Shown here one piece after another: positions 1-14,349 of a DNA stretch of 64,000 nt. Source of the stretch: Eledone cirrhosa (Eukaryota). The translations under genes were made by a program, and so were the position numbers. The notes beneath the pieces are model-generated. The model did not search any database. It was not told the origin of the DNA and saw only the letters and a program-made list of their open reading frames with translations. The stretch's first letter is position 1; every line of letters starts with the position of its first letter. Location: the NCBI GenBank assembly GCA_964016885.1, contig OZ024741.1, positions 186,744,001 to 186,808,000 on the forward strand. The letters run 5' to 3'.

Positions 1-2500
1 CGAGTCCCAGATACAAAAAGCTTTGGGACATGTGTGGGCGAAAAAAACCCACATCAGACGTGGGCAGAAATATGGAACTGTGGACGTGTTCTTTGGAACC
101 CCACAGTAAACCAGAGAGCACTTCATAGCCACATTAAGAAGTGACGAGTTCACACTCGTCCCAAACTATTGTGATCAGAGTCTCGTGAAGATCAGGGTAA
201 CCCACGTTTCGCCGACCATCGAAATTCCATGGCTAATGGCTGCCGTCTTCGCCGGCATCGAGGCCAACACGAAAATAATTTAGGTAACAAAAGAAAAGCA
301 GGAGAACTGGTTCGGATCTGGGATGGAGCTCCTGATACAAGCGTACCAAAAAAACATTGAGGAGATTCATGGGTGATAGACCTCTACGACGGCAGCCACC
401 TCACCGTAATCGTTGAGGCTAGAAGGCCTAGGTGTGTCGTTTGTGGCGAAGGAACCCACCTAAAGCTTTCTGCCTGAGGCTAAAAAGTTGAGGCCACCTC
501 TCCTACCCACCCCAGTGACTCAACTATCAAAACCATCAGCAGTACAAATGGCAGCAACAACTGCAGCAGCAACAACCCCAGAAACAGTAGCAAAATCAAC
601 ACCACCACCACCCAGAATCAGCACCAGCGCCTCCACCATCCACCACGCCACAACCAAAAACCAATCCCTGTGGACGATTTTCCACTGCCCGACCTATCCC
701 AATTGGAGACAGATTGTGACGATGAGGAGGAGAGGGGAATGGTATCAGGAAAAAAGAAAAAGAAAAAAAGATCCCCAAAATGAAAAAATCCGCTTCCTTG
801 ACCCTCCAAAAACAAAATGCAGGGGGAAACAAATAAGCAAACAACCCAAAATGTTAAGACAGCTATTCCACCACACACACCAGCATCACACGCCCTATCA
901 CCACAAACACCAACATCATCACCATCTTTAACCCCACAACCACCATCACCAACACCACAAAAATCACCAAAAATCGAAACAGAAACAAACCCACAGCAAA
1001 CGTAAACAAAACAAAACAACCAAAACGATACACACTACACAGCATTAAATTTGAACAACCAATTATTACACTACATCCAACACAACACCAGCATCACAGA
1101 AAAAGACTACACAACACCCCAAAAATTCACACCACCTCCACACATACAAATCACTCGCATCACACAGAAAACGTACACGACACTAAAACAAACATTCCCA
1201 AGGACATCGGAGACTTCCGACAAGCACTCTCCAGGAGGATTTATAAGGACATCCTTGTCCTAAACTATCCTAAACGCCTGACTGCGCTGGAGCGTTTGCT
1301 CTTTCGCTTTTTGTGGAAGGGACGCACTCCAATGTTTAGGCGGTCCATCTGCTGTCAACACCCGCTACGTGGAGGGTTGGGCATGCCGCGGCTGAGGCTG
1401 CGAGACACGCGCTCAGGCTACGACATCTCCACCTCTTCCTCGACGGTGATCAGTTGTGGTCGCAGTTTGCTATACGCGTCTTTCCACAGCTCGTCTCCTT
1501 GACGGAGCTGCAGTCCTGGGTCAAGCGAAGCCCGAGAAGGAGCGCTTGGAGACTGGAATGTCTTCAGGCGCTCACAGCCCTCGACCAGTCGGGCAATGTG
1601 ATCGGTGGAAACTCCACCTTGGCGTTCTAGAGAGGATTAGTGGAGGGGAAGGGCGACGACGTACTTTGGGAAACTCTAGGCGTCGACGAAAATCAACTAG
1701 CCAATCTCTTCGGAAGAACTTTCGGGCCTAGGCCTATGGACAACTTCCAGAAATCCCTAGCCTAGCAGTGCTACCGAGGAGCCTTGCCAGTTCGGGATAA
1801 ACTCTACAGGCATGGAGGTGCCGTCACCGGGCATGTCCGAGATGCGCGCAGGGCGACGAAACCGTCCTGCACGCACTCGTCCAGTGTCCGAGCATTGCTG
1901 ACTTGTGGGTTTACGTCGAACACCTGCTGTCGCGTGTAGGACGGATCCGGCTATCAGCTGAGTCCATCGTGAGGATTGCCCCGCCCTCCTCCTTTAGCCG
2001 GGAAGGACAGGCAATTGTTATCTGTCTGGTGGCCATGGCGAAAGATATAGTATGGTGGACGCGTTTGAAAGGGCTAAAGACGAGCACTTACCTCTTCGGT
2101 GATGCCCTGGTTAACTGTTTCAAATTTCATTTGAAATGGAAATCAGGGTAGAGGGGGAAGTGCTCTCTTCCCAGCATTTTGTTGAAAGATGGGTGAGAGA
2201 AGAAAGAATGGCCTGAGTCTGTGCCTGTAAATTAAAGGTGGAAAACTGGGAGAGGGCACTTGCCCTGGTGGTCAGGGTCACCGTGGCTTTTTTAATGGGC
2301 TTTCTCCTCGAATGTCCCTCGGAAGTCACCCCCTATTGGGGATTTTCATTGTTTCTTTTTTTGTTACATCCTCTGATTTTTGTTTTTTTACACGCAGAAA
2401 TGCCCATTTGTACCGTCCTGTATTGTCCTGTACTGTCCTTAATGTCTACTTTATGTAAACCCTTGTGATTAATAAAGAAAGCATTATTATTATTATTATA
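1..2500 (+). mobile_element. Degraded, internally deleted L1/Tx1-clade non-LTR retrotransposon (ORF1 remnant fused to 3' third of ORF2)
   Basis: 1-1255 is ORF1-like (RRPRCVVCGEGTHLKLSCP knuckle remnant; similar to 5373-5680 and 6080-6617). 1253-2480 is colinear with 9002-10238. Ends AATAAAGAAAGC followed by (ATT)n. Stops and frameshifts present. Confidence 0.9.
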
Positions 2501-2835
2501 ATTGTTGGTGAAGCCACGCTTCTTATCACCTCCAGTTTTTTTTCAACGTTTTACCTCGTTTTCAACCGTTCTAAACCTTTTATTCAAGTTTTAAATTTGA
2601 TAAAAGTTTAGAAGTGACCCACCTAATGCAGGGATTCACTCGTATATAATATGGCACCCCTTTACGGGGTGTCGTATTTGTGTAAAAATATTTTTTGAAA
2701 AAAAATTTCAACATGGATAACACAAGAAAGAGAGAGAACGCTGTCAGACAACACAGAGAGATGGAGACTTTATCAGCATGTCAACAAGACAGCGTTTCAC
2801 CGGAGGTAAATATAAACGAAAATATTTAAAGGAAA

Positions 2836-3256
2836 TTATCGTTTTCGGTGCACCCGGCTGATTAACCCACTCGATATGCAAATTGGGCTACTCAGCCGTT
2901 AATATGAATAAGGTAAGTATATACGTTCAACAATCTGGCAGGAAGGTATACGTTGCTGACGATAGCTAATAAGCTTGAAACTAGTACAGCGTTCCTTTGT
3001 CAGTGTTGAACAAACGAGCAACGATGGTTGCTAGACACTACGGCTTAATACGGGATGTTTGTTTACAAACACACCGAGCATTATAATAAATGTTCGGTGA
3101 ATCCATACGTACATATATATATGTATGCATGTATTTATATATATATATACATACTACTGTGCGTCTGTATACATATATGTATGTACGTGTATATACTTAT
3201 ATTTAAGTAACAGCCGTACTTAGAGTGGGAAATAAAATTTCGTTTCATTTTTTCCG
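2836..3256 (+). mobile_element. Short hammerhead-bearing non-autonomous element, family A copy 1
   Basis: Reverse-complement match to 23282-23737 and 30700-31302; contains hammerhead motif at 2950-2992. Confidence 0.8.
2950..2992 (+). ncRNA. Minimal type I hammerhead ribozyme motif
   Basis: ACGTTG-CTGACGA-TAGCT AATA AGCTT-GAAA-CTAG-TA-CAGCGT: 6-bp stem I, full core, palindromic stem III, GUA site. Confidence 0.85.
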
Positions 3257-3269
3257 AAAAGAAGATTGT

Positions 3270-4455
3270 TACAGATTTAAAATTACTAAATATTTGTAAC
3301 ACAAACAACACCAAAAATAACACCAACAACAACACCAACAACAACACATCAATAACAACAGCAACAACAAAAATAACAGCGGTAAAGTCGAGAACGACAA
3401 TAACAATAATGACAGCGGTAAAGTCGAGAACGACAATAACAATAATAACAGTGGTAAGGTCGAGAACGACAATAACAATGACAATAACAACAGCCACAAC
3501 AACAATAATAGTAGGAACAGTATCAACAAAAACAACAATAATAACAACAGCCACAATAACAGTAACAACAGCCACAATGACAGTAACAACGGCAACAGTA
3601 TCAACGAAAACAACAACAACAACAACAGCAACAACAGTACCAACGAAAACATCAATAATGACATCGATACCTGTAACAGCAATCTCAGCACCACCAGCAA
3701 GACCAGTAACTGCAGCAATAGTGGTGCTGCTGAAAAAGGGACCACTTCTTTTGCAGGTGTCGCCCGAAATATCGAAACAGTAAGCAAAATGTCACATCGG
3801 GTGGAGAGAGCCACGGAGGCTCAAATCCAAAAGGCCTTGGGGTGCGTCTGGGCACGCAAAACCCACATCACCCGAGGCAGAAAGTACGCCACAGTAAACG
3901 TACTTTTCTCCACACCCCCAAGAAGCGAAGTCTCACTCTTTAGAAACCCTAAAGAGTGAGGAGATAGTCTTGGTGCCCTCCTACTGCGGGCAGAAAATTG
4001 TGAGGGTCAAAGTGACCCAGGTCTCACCCGACGTGCCCATACTTTGGGTGGAGAGGCAAATGCTGCCTTCTAGCAAGTTTGTTGAAAGGTGGGTGAATGT
4101 AGCGAGAATGGTCCGAGTGAAAGGGCCGCTCTGAATATACCTCTGTAGTTTGAGAAATGGAAAAATTGAGAGAGGGCGCTTGCCCTGGTGGTCAGGGTGG
4201 CCGTGGTCTTTTGTGTGGTTTTCGCCACGAGTAACCCTCGGAGTTTTCCCCCTTATTGGGGAATTTTTCATTGTTTCAATTTTCATTTTTATTGTTTATA
4301 TATATATATATGTTTCTATGTCTTTTTTTTCTTTTCTTATAGAAATAATAAAAATATTTACACGCACAAAACCCACATCGTACCGTCCTGTACCGTCCTG
4401 TGCCGTCTGTAATGTTTTTCTTGATGTCAGCCCGTGTGGCCAATAAAGAAATCAT
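3270..4455 (+). mobile_element. Internally deleted Tx1-like derivative (ORF1 N-terminal part joined to ORF2 C-terminus and 3' UTR)
   Basis: Asn-rich ORF1-like start, then KVTQVSPDVPILW|VERQMLPSSKFVERWVNVARMVRV matching the ORF2 end of the other copies; 3' end AATAAAGAAATCATT. Confidence 0.8.
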
Positions 4456-4456
4456 T

Positions 4457-4636
4457 GTGGATTGGCAGTATCAGTAGAGGGTCGGACGCCATGCTTTCCA
4501 GCATAGTTACGTCCCTTTACAATCTGAGTTCAAATCCCGCCGAGGTTGACTTTACCTTTCATCCTTACGGGGTCGATAAAATAAAGTACCAGTAATGCAC
4601 TGGCTAATTGCTGGCCTTGTGCCAATAGTAGAAACA

Positions 4637-4681
<45 letters not shown>
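4457..4681 (+). mobile_element. tRNA-type SINE with (ATT)n tail
   Basis: TGGCAGTATCAG A-box-like and GAGTTCAAATCCC B-box; near-identical to 55344-55524 and 35112-35300. Confidence 0.9.
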
Positions 4682-7600
4682 GGCGACCTACGTAGGAAAT
4701 CGTATTATCGTGAGCTCAGCAAAAGTTTGTTGTTTTCAGTTGTTTCAAATTGCCAGTTATGGAAATGTTGTTGTTAAGTGTTTATAAGTTCACATATATT
4801 GCTTTCTGAAAAGGACACAAAAAATATTGGGACCTTGAGCCCAAAACTTAAACTTTTTGTTTTTCAAACAAAATTTTTCTTTGAAGAAAAAACAGGGACG
4901 ACAAATTTACTGTTTGTAACAGACCACCACCCCCACCCCCCTCCCCCACCACCACCAACATCATTGTAAGCCTTGCTACGGTTCCCAACACTGAAAATAT
5001 AATTAATAGCAGTTTGAATTATTTAGAATTGCCGCAAAAAGACATGGATTTCCCGCCATTACCAATAACTGCAGGTGTTAAAGCCGCCACCACCACCACG
5101 ACCACCACCACCACAGCGACAACAGAAACAAAAACAAAAAAATTATTATCTCGTGACTCTTCAACGCCGAACACCACCTCCACCACAACTGAAACTATAA
5201 TTAACAATAACAACAACAGCAACAACAACAACAATGAGAATAACAACATCAACACCAGTGCAAAACCAAATGTGTCGTTTGCCAAAGCAGCCAAGAAAAG
5301 CTAAACAATCGAGGTAAGCCAGGATGAATTAAATGAAGCCAAGAGAAGGGTAAAAAAAAATGCGTACAGGGTCACCACAAAAGTCACCAAAAAGCGAAAC
5401 AGAAACAAACCCACAACAAACGCAAACAAAACAAAACAACCAAAACGATACACACTACACAGCATTAAATTTGAACAACATCCAATTATTACACTACATC
5501 CAACACAACACCAGCATCACAGAAAAAGACTACACAACACCCCAAAAATTCACACCACCTCCACACATACAAATCACTCGCATCACACAGAAAACGTACA
5601 CGACACTAAAACAAAGATTCCCCAATGACATCGGAGACTTCCGACAAACACTCTCCAGGAGGATTTATAAGAACATCCTTCCGGAGGAGGCCACAACCAG
5701 TGAGAAGGATGGAGAAACCATCCTGCCTCTACGAGAAGTAAGGAGAGTGGTCTTTCCCATCTTTTCCACTCCTTTTCAACATGACCTTACTCAGAATAGG
5801 CAACATAAATGCGCGTGGCTTGGGGTCGTCATGGAAGCAGGGCCTCCTGCTCAACGACCTCAGGTCACTAAACATAGATGTGGTGGCCATCAGCGAGACC
5901 AGAACCTCCGAAGCACGGGCTTTCACACCGATCTTCGGCGGCTACGATGTGCACGCATCTCCCAGACGTCCTGGATCGGAGGGAGGAGATGCTGTGCTTT
6001 CTCGGAGAGGTTTGTATCTGGCCATACGGGCCATCTTCCTGGACCCAGAAGGTAAGTTGATCGTGCTGGACGTGAACTATCGCAACTGGAGACAGATTGT
6101 GACGACGAGGAGTGGGAAACGGTATCTGGAAAAAAGAAAAAAAGAAAAAGAAACCAAAAAAGAAAAAAATCCTCTTCTCCCCCCTCCAAAAACAAAATAT
6201 AGAGGGAAACAAATAAACTATCAAACAAAAAAGTTAGGACAGCTATTCCACCATCCACACCAGCATCACCAACCCCATCACCACATACACCAACACCATC
6301 ACCATCATTAACCCCAACACCACCATCACCAAAAGTCACCAAAAAGCGAAACAGAAATAAACCCACAACAAACGCAAACAAAACGAAACAACAAAAACGA
6401 TACACACTACACAGCCATAAATTTTAAAAACAACCAATTATTACACTACATCCAACACAACACCAGCATCACAGCAACCCAAAAGTTCACACCACCTCCA
6501 CACATACAAATCACTCGCATCACACAGAAAACGTACACGACACTAAAACAAAAATTCCCCTAGGACATCGGAGACTTCCGACAAGCACTCTCCAGGAGGA
6601 TTTATAAGGACATCCTTCCGGAAGAGGCCACAAGCAGTGAACAGGATGGAGAAACCGTCCTTCATCTACAAGAAGTAAGGTAAGTGGTCTTTCCCATCTT
6701 TTCCACTCCATTTCAACATGACCTCACTCAGAATAGGCAGCATAAATGCGCGTGGCTTGGGGTCGTCATGGAAGCAGGGTCACCTACTCAACGACCTCAG
6801 GTCACTAAACATAGATGTAGTGGCCAACAGCGAGACTAGAATGTCCGAAGCACGGGCCTTCGCACCGATCTTCGGTGGCTACGATGTGTACGCATCTCCC
6901 AGCCGTCCTGGATCGGGGGGTGGAGTTACTGTGCTTTTTCGGAGAGGTTTGGATCTCGCCATACGGGCCATCTACCTGGACCCAGAAGGTAAGTTGATGG
7001 TGCTGGACTTGACCAGCGGAGACGGGCAAGCTTTCAGGCTAGTTGCCTTTCTGGAGACCTTTCTTGGAACGTCCCGCTCTTTAGTGTTAGTGGGCGACTG
7101 GAACGGGATCTTAGATGCACGCTGGGACTGTGTGGGATTAGCTGATAGGGGAGGAGGGTGCAAGAGCCTCACCAACCTTCTCAGGAGTTTTGAACTGTCT
7201 GACAGGTACCGATTGGATTTCCCGAATGTGGACTTGGACAAACCATATAGGGTCATCCAGATCATATATAGATAGAGTATTTTGTAGGGAAATAGATAAG
7301 TCTGGCATAGGCTGTCCACAATTCAAGATAGTCAGCTATACGGACCACAAATTCGTGGTCTGTGTGGTTGAATTAGATAGGCCTCATAAACAAGGACCCG
7401 GCTACTGGAAGGGAAACGCTTCATTACCTGCGCGCAAGGCCTACAGAGACCGGATTAGCGAACTAGTTAAGCGAGCGTTGACAGAGGACATCGTCAACAA
7501 GTGGTGGTTTTCTCTGAAAAGAGCGATTAGCATAGAGTCCATTAGCAACGTACTTGCGGCGAAATTGGCCCTTGACCAATTCTTCAATGCAAAGCACGAA

Positions 7601-10236
7601 GGCTGAATTGTCAGAGCTAGGGTGCATGCTCTCAGACACGAGGGGACGAAAGCCGTTCAATGGGCCCGAGTGGTGGAGGCGCGTCGTGGCAACAAAGCCA
7701 CGATCCGGTCTTTGGTGGACCACGACGGGCGCATGCTACTCGATCCCGGGTAAATGTGTGAAGCTTTTCAGCGACACTTCACTCAGCTGTTCGGGGGCTG
7801 CGGTGGGCCGGGTCGAGGGATAGACTTTAGTGTCTACCTCGTCGGACTGCCGCGGCTCTCGGCCACTGAGGCGGAGTGTTGCGAAAACCCGATAACAGCA
7901 GCTGAAGTACGGGAGGCAATGACTGGCTGCACAAGGGGTAAATCGCCTGGTTTGGATGGTCTGCCCAATGAACTTTACGTAGAGATGCCAGACTTGTTCG
8001 GAGGCCTCTTGGTGGACGTCTTCTGCAACTGGCAACAGAACGGGAGAATTCCCAGCTCTGTGAGCCGAGGAGCGGTGGCACTGCTGAGAAAGGATCTGAA
8101 CAAGGGGGATAACATAGATAATTTCAGGCCCATAACTCTGCTAAACACAGAGTTCAAGATTTTGTCCAAGGTGCTAGCAAAGAGGTTGGCGCTTGTCGTT
8201 GGTGGTCTGGTGGGAGAGGCGCAGACATGCGCCATTCCCGGCAGATCCATCCACGACAACCTCCACCTCATGCGATACATCGTAGAGAGGGTAGCTAGGG
8301 AACCTGGCACGGGTGGGTCCTTGATTAATTTAGATCAGTCGAAAGCTTTCGATAGGATCGACCATCGTTACCTAGCGGCAGTCCTGAGGGCGGCTGGTTT
8401 TGGGCCCGTCTTCAGAGGCTGGATCGCTGCCATGCATAGCGGCATCTGCTCTGTGGTGAGAGTGAACGGTCACCTTTCGGAACCGTTCAACATCATGTGC
8501 TCGGTCCGCCAAGGATGTGCTCTCTCGTCCCTCTTGTACGTATTGACTCTCGAGCCATTACTGCACAAACTGGAGACGTTGAGGGGCGTCCCGCGCGAAC
8601 TAGGATGCGGAAGATCCGTGTCAGCATATGCGGACGATGTCATCGTAGTGGTGTCGAACGCCAAACACATCGAGGCGATCGGAACTACACTAAGAGAATA
8701 CGAAGCGGTGACAGGAGCAATGATCAACCAGGAAAAGTCAGTGGGCCTGCAGCTCGGCACCTGGGGAGGCAGGTCCATGCCGGCCAACAGCGTCGTCGGA
8801 CGCTGGACGGACGGACCGGTTAAATTGCTAGGGGTCTGGTTCGGTCCGGACCTCCAGACGGACAAAAACTGGGACGAGGTGATGAGCAGGGTGGCTTCTC
8901 TCACCCAGAAATGGGCGGAGAGGAAGCTATCCCTGAAAGGTCGAGCAGAGGTGGCTAACGCATACATAACGTCTGTCATCTGCTACCGCCTGACCGTCGT
9001 ACCTTGTCCTAAGACCCGCCTGACTGCGCTGGAGCGTTTGCTCTTTCGCTTTTTGTGGAAGGAACGCGCTCCGATGGTCAGGCTGTCCATCTGCTGTCAA
9101 CACCCGCTACGTGGAGGGCTGGGCAAGCCGTGGCTGATGATGCGCAGACATGCGCTCAGGCTACGACATCTCCACCTCTTCCTCGACGGTGATCAGGTGT
9201 GGTCGCCGTTTGCTAGACACGTATTTCCCCAGCTCGTTTCCTTGACGAAGCTGCAATCCTGGGTCAAGGGAAGACCGAGAGGGAGCGCCTGGAGACCGGA
9301 ATGTCTTCAGGCGCTCACAGCCCTCGACCAATCGGGCAATGTGATCGGTGGAAACTCCACCTCGGTGTTCTATAGAGGATTAGTGGAGGGGAAGAGCTAC
9401 GACGTACTTGGGGAAACTCTGTGCGTCGACGAAAATCAACTAGCCAATCTCTTCGGAAGAACTTACGGGCCGGGACCTATGGACAACTTCCAGAAATCTC
9501 TGGCCTGGCAGTGCTACCGAGGAGCCTTGCCAATTCGGGATAAACTCTACAGGCATGGCGGTGCCGTCAAGCGGGCATGTCCGAGCTGCGCGCAGGGCGA
9601 CGAAACCGCCCTGCACCCACTCGTCCAGTGTCCGAAAATTGCTGACTTGTGGGTTTATGTCGAACACCTGCTGTCGCGTGTAGGACGGATCCGGCTATCA
9701 TCTGAGTTCATCGTGAGGATTTCCCCGCCCTCTTCTTTTAGCCGGGAAGGGCAGGCAGTTTTTATCTGTCTGGTGGCCATGGCGAAAGAGATAGTATGGT
9801 AGACACGTTTGAAAGTGCTGAAGACGAGCACTTACCTCTTCGGTGATGCCCTGATTAACTTTTTCAAATTTCATTGTGAAAAGGAAAATCAGGGTAGAGA
9901 GGGAAGTGCTCTCTTCCCAGCATTTTGTTGAAAGATGGGTGAGAGAGGCAATAATGGCCCGAGTGAATGGGCCTACTCTGAGTATGTGTCTGTAAATTAA
10001 GGGTGGAAAACTGGGAGAGGGCATTTGCCTTGGTGGTCATGGTCAATGTGGCCTTTTACTGGGCTTTCTCCACAAATGTCCCTCCGAAGTTTCCCCCCTA
10101 TTGGGGAATCTTTCTTTGTTATTTTATTACATCCTCTGTTTTTTTACACGCAGAAATGCCCATTTGTACCGTCCTGTATTGTCCTGTACTGTCCTTAATG
10201 TCTACTTTATGTAAACCCTTGTGGTTAATAAAGAAA

Positions 10237-10238
<2 letters not shown>
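4682..10238 (+). mobile_element. L1/Tx1-clade retrotransposon, rearranged (ORF1 deletion, internal duplication), flanked by (ATT)n on both sides
   Basis: (ATT)n at 4638-4681 and 10239-10290; ORF1 pieces 5014-5304 and 5373-5780; two APE starts (5781, 6718); RT ORF 7754-9802; 3' end AATAAAGAAATC. Confidence 0.93.
6718..9990 (+). pseudogene. Disrupted ORF2 (APE endonuclease, reverse transcriptase, C-terminal zinc finger)
   Basis: NARGL, GDWN, SYIDR, YTDH APE motifs in frameshifted ORFs 6718-7275 and 7190-7606; KSPGLDG, FRPITLLN, DQSKAFD, VRQGC, YADD, CPSC..H..C in 7754-9802; in-frame stops near 7604, 7751 and 9800. Confidence 0.92.
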
Positions 10239-10291
<53 letters not shown>

Positions 10292-10847
10292 GTTACAACA
10301 ACCTTTTGGCAGACAGTTGTATCATTTAATAAAAAAATAAATAAATAAATTCCGTTGAAATGCGTAAGCATCGCTTACAGAGTGGAATTGGATTGATTGC
10401 ACGCGGAATGGTGTCGCATGTTAAAATCCACCGATTAAAGCTTTACATGGTAGCGTCGCTTGCTATATATAGCAGTTAAGTCTCTCTAAGACAACACCCT
10501 AAAATGAAAATGTATGATGTATGATATAGTTCAGTTTACGCTCTATCTGAAATAAAACTGTATGATCATGATAGAAAAGTATTTGTTCATATGTCTGCTC
10601 AATCAAAGAGGTGTGTTTTATTAATCTGTCAGAAAGATGGACGGTGATCATGACCTGTTTCAGTGTATCCGAAACTGGTAAAAGGGTGAAAAGATGGTAC
10701 CCTTAAACTGAAGAGCGAACTCGATTGCTTGTAACAAACTGATATTTGCTAAAGACCCCCTCAAGAGCAATTTGGAAGTGTTAAACCGGAGTGGTGGTGT
10801 AACAATACAACCTAAGTAAATCACGACTGGGTTTAAACTCTGGATAT

Positions 10848-11038
10848 AATTGTTTCTACTTTTGGCACAAGGCCAGCAATTATCCCAGTTCATTACTGGA
10901 ACTTTATTTTATCGACCTCGTAAGGATGAAAAGCGAAGTTGACCTCGACGGGATTTGAACTCAGATCATAAAGGGGCGTAACTCTATGCTGCAAAGCATA
11001 GTGTCCGACGCTCTACAGATACTGCCAATCTACCGCCC
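10848..11038 (-). mobile_element. tRNA-type SINE
   Basis: Reverse complement of the 4457 family; an older diverged copy follows at about 11085-11225. Confidence 0.85.
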
Positions 11039-11511
11039 TATAATGACACGTAAAATATCGTATAGCATCTCACCCATTGCTCAGACTTTTATTCCTTTCC
11101 ACCAGTGTTGACTGGTACTGGATCGATGCAAGATAAAGACAACCAGAGCGGAATAAAAATTCAGAACTATGTACTGCAAAGCATATTATTCAACAATGTA
11201 ACTCTTCTGCTAATTTGCCGATTTGGCACTAAACAATAAGAACAACACGAACACTACTTAAACACATTCACATAAACACACTCATACATCTACAATGCAC
11301 ATCCTCGCATGCAAAACATTATAAATTGAAAGATTAAGCTCACACACACACACACACACACATCACACGCACACTAACTCTCAAAAAAACACAAACACAG
11401 TAATGGCATGTAAATGTCTAAAAAATATTACCTAAGCTACTATAAATTTCATCAGCTGTTCAGCATCAACAACGCTATATTGAGCTATAGTTACATTAAA
11501 AAACGTGTCTT

Positions 11512-11940
11512 GTGTCATTAAAAGCCACGATGCAAAACTATAGTAAACAACCGTTGAACAAGGGAGTAATAATATTATCCAATTGCCAAAAGCCATCTGT
11601 CTCTAAAAATGCATTTTGCACTGTTCTGATACGGGTCCTTCCGTCATTAACATCTCAGGAATCCTGGTCTCATATTCTACGAATCATCTGTAGATCTACC
11701 GACATTATATTTTGCATTACATACAATCTCTTCAGTTCTCAGTATGTTAGTGAAACAGGCTGTTGTTTGGGGGATCACTTCCGTGTCGGACGCTGTTTCA
11801 ATTGACATAGTTACTCCATTAAACACATATCTGTATTTAATATGCCCTTCCACCATGTTGCATCTCATTCCAGGAAATGCAAAGATTAATTTTATAATAT
11901 TCAAGATGTGATCACTTCCAGCGTTAAGACTTAATAAACG
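11512..11940 (+). pseudogene. Decayed Penelope-like GIY-YIG endonuclease C-terminal remnant
   Basis: ICRSTDIIFCITYNLFSSQYVSETGCCLGDHF resembles the PLE consensus CxSxNxIYxIxCxxCxxQYVGETxxxLxxRF. Confidence 0.6.
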
Positions 11941-12512
11941 TTCCTGATTCTTCTTTTCCTAATCTCACCCCATTGCGCTTACTTTTTAAGTATGTGTCTG
12001 AGTGAAGGAGCCACGTTCAGTTGTTATGCTGTTCTTTTCACATTTATAGGGATGCATGTTAGATTACCTATAATTCAAAGGGGCTGCTTTGTTAAATACT
12101 ATCACCCGCTGAATTACACTAAAAATTAGCTTGAGTACAGATGTCTATAGCATGCTCAGACACTTTCAAATTTATTTCGCATGTAAACTACTCCATTGGT
12201 CTCACAACAGGAACACTCACCGTCGAAACCGACGGAGGTTCAACGTTTATTTATGTTAGTGTTAATTGCGTTTAAATTTATATTTTACAGTACTGATTGC
12301 ATAATGGAGAACAAGCAAGCTGGTACCATAGATTTCATTTTTCGTATGTACGAGTAATCCTAAAATGGCGTTCACACATGGGTGTTGGGGTAACATGAAA
12401 TACAGCGAAACTATGTTTATTATACGTAAACATATTGAATAAGCCTTCATATAAACCTCTATTTTAAATCACGCAGTCTTAGTATTACTGATAATTAATA
12501 CCAGTCCATGTG

Positions 12513-12577
<65 letters not shown>

Positions 12578-12696
12578 ACACACACACGCTCACACACGCA
12601 CACATACACATCTTTCTCTCTCGTTATTTACATACACACATACACACACACAGAGACATATATATATCGAAATGCGATTCTCGCTGAATTTATATT

Positions 12697-12742
<46 letters not shown>

Positions 12743-13306
12743 TGTGTGTGTGGGTGTGTATATGTGTGTGTAAATAACGAGAGAGAGAAAGAAAGGGTAA
12801 CCTGTAGAGGTAGAAGAGGAAAGAGAGTGTAATAAAGCAAGTCAGAGAGACACAAAATCAAACAGACGACCAGACAAACAGACATACTATCATACAAACA
12901 AATAGTCAGACAGTGGAAACGGAGTCGACAATTAGCGGAATTATATAGACGGATTTTGACACATGAAATAGCGAATTAAAATAGAAAAGAAACATTATTT
13001 CACAATATGCCCTCTCCGTTTTATTGAAACAAGGCTATTTCCTAAGGAAAACCTGCACCTATTGATGGCCAAGCCCTTCTATGATACTAGTTACTGACCC
13101 TGACACATCCATTAGAGTGTTATTAAGATTCCCTTACCCCTTTCCTCCCTTATATCTTATATTCTCTCTGTCTTTCACCCTCAACAACTTCCTCTCTCTC
13201 TCTCTTGGGCGGACCTTCATCTTCATAAACAACATTTTGTAAACAAACACGTGTTGTGTGCAAAGAAACAGTCACATATAATATGTATGTATGGTTATAT
13301 GTGTCC

Positions 13307-13347
<41 letters not shown>

Positions 13348-13487
13348 TGAGTGTGTGTGTGTGTGTTTAGACATATGTATGTATCTATGTATGTGAGCGT
13401 GTGTTTTTGTAAGTGTATGTGAGTGCGTGTTTGTTCACGCACACACAAATATATATGTATTTATGCAAATTTGAAAGTTTGTTTCTT

Positions 13488-13524
<37 letters not shown>

Positions 13525-13584
13525 CTGTATGTGGTTAAAAACCGAGATAAAAGAGTACTTGTTACCGAAGAAGAGTTTAAATAT

Positions 13585-13730
13585 TCATTTTATTATGGTT
13601 AATAGTGAGTCTTGTTACTCTAGAGTTTCACCTGCATCTCACAATCATCAGCCATGATGACCTTGTGAGAAACAGGTGTAACTCCAAAGTAACACGACAC
13701 ACTACTTAGTCATAATATATGAAATAATGT
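13585..13730. repeat. Diverged fold-back element with two outward-facing hammerhead remnants
   Basis: Minus arm CTGATGA-TTGTGAGATGCAGGT-GAAA-CTCTAGAG-TA (13615-13651); plus arm is a degenerate copy (13654-13700). Confidence 0.6.
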
Positions 13731-14120
13731 ATATAATTGAAACTCAATAAAAAATATATGTATATATAGACATATATCATTATGGAAACACAATATTTTG
13801 TACATTTATATATTACTAAAAGTGTGTGATTGCTTGCTTGCTTTTCTGTAATGTAATACCACCAAAAGGACGCATAATGGGAAACTACTTTGAAAGGATG
13901 TTAGCCGTGAAATGGGAATACAAATGGAATAAAACAAGTTTCGCGTAAATCGGACCACGGCTGCCCGAGATATGGAATTTTCCCGGGTACCTTTATAAAC
14001 AGAGAAAGAGAAAGATAGAGAGGAAGAGACAGTGGTTGTGACAGAGTAGATTGAAAGAGAGACATAGAGAGGGGGGAGAGGAGACAGAGAAGGAGAATGA
14101 AAGAGAGCTGGTGGTGTTGT

Positions 14121-14207
<87 letters not shown>

Positions 14208-14349
14208 GTGAGTGTGTGTGTATATATGTGTGTGTCGGTCTATGACCAGTGAATACAGATCACAGACACCCACATATATATATATATACACATACACATA
14301 TATATATATGTATACACACACACACATTTATATATATATATATATACAT

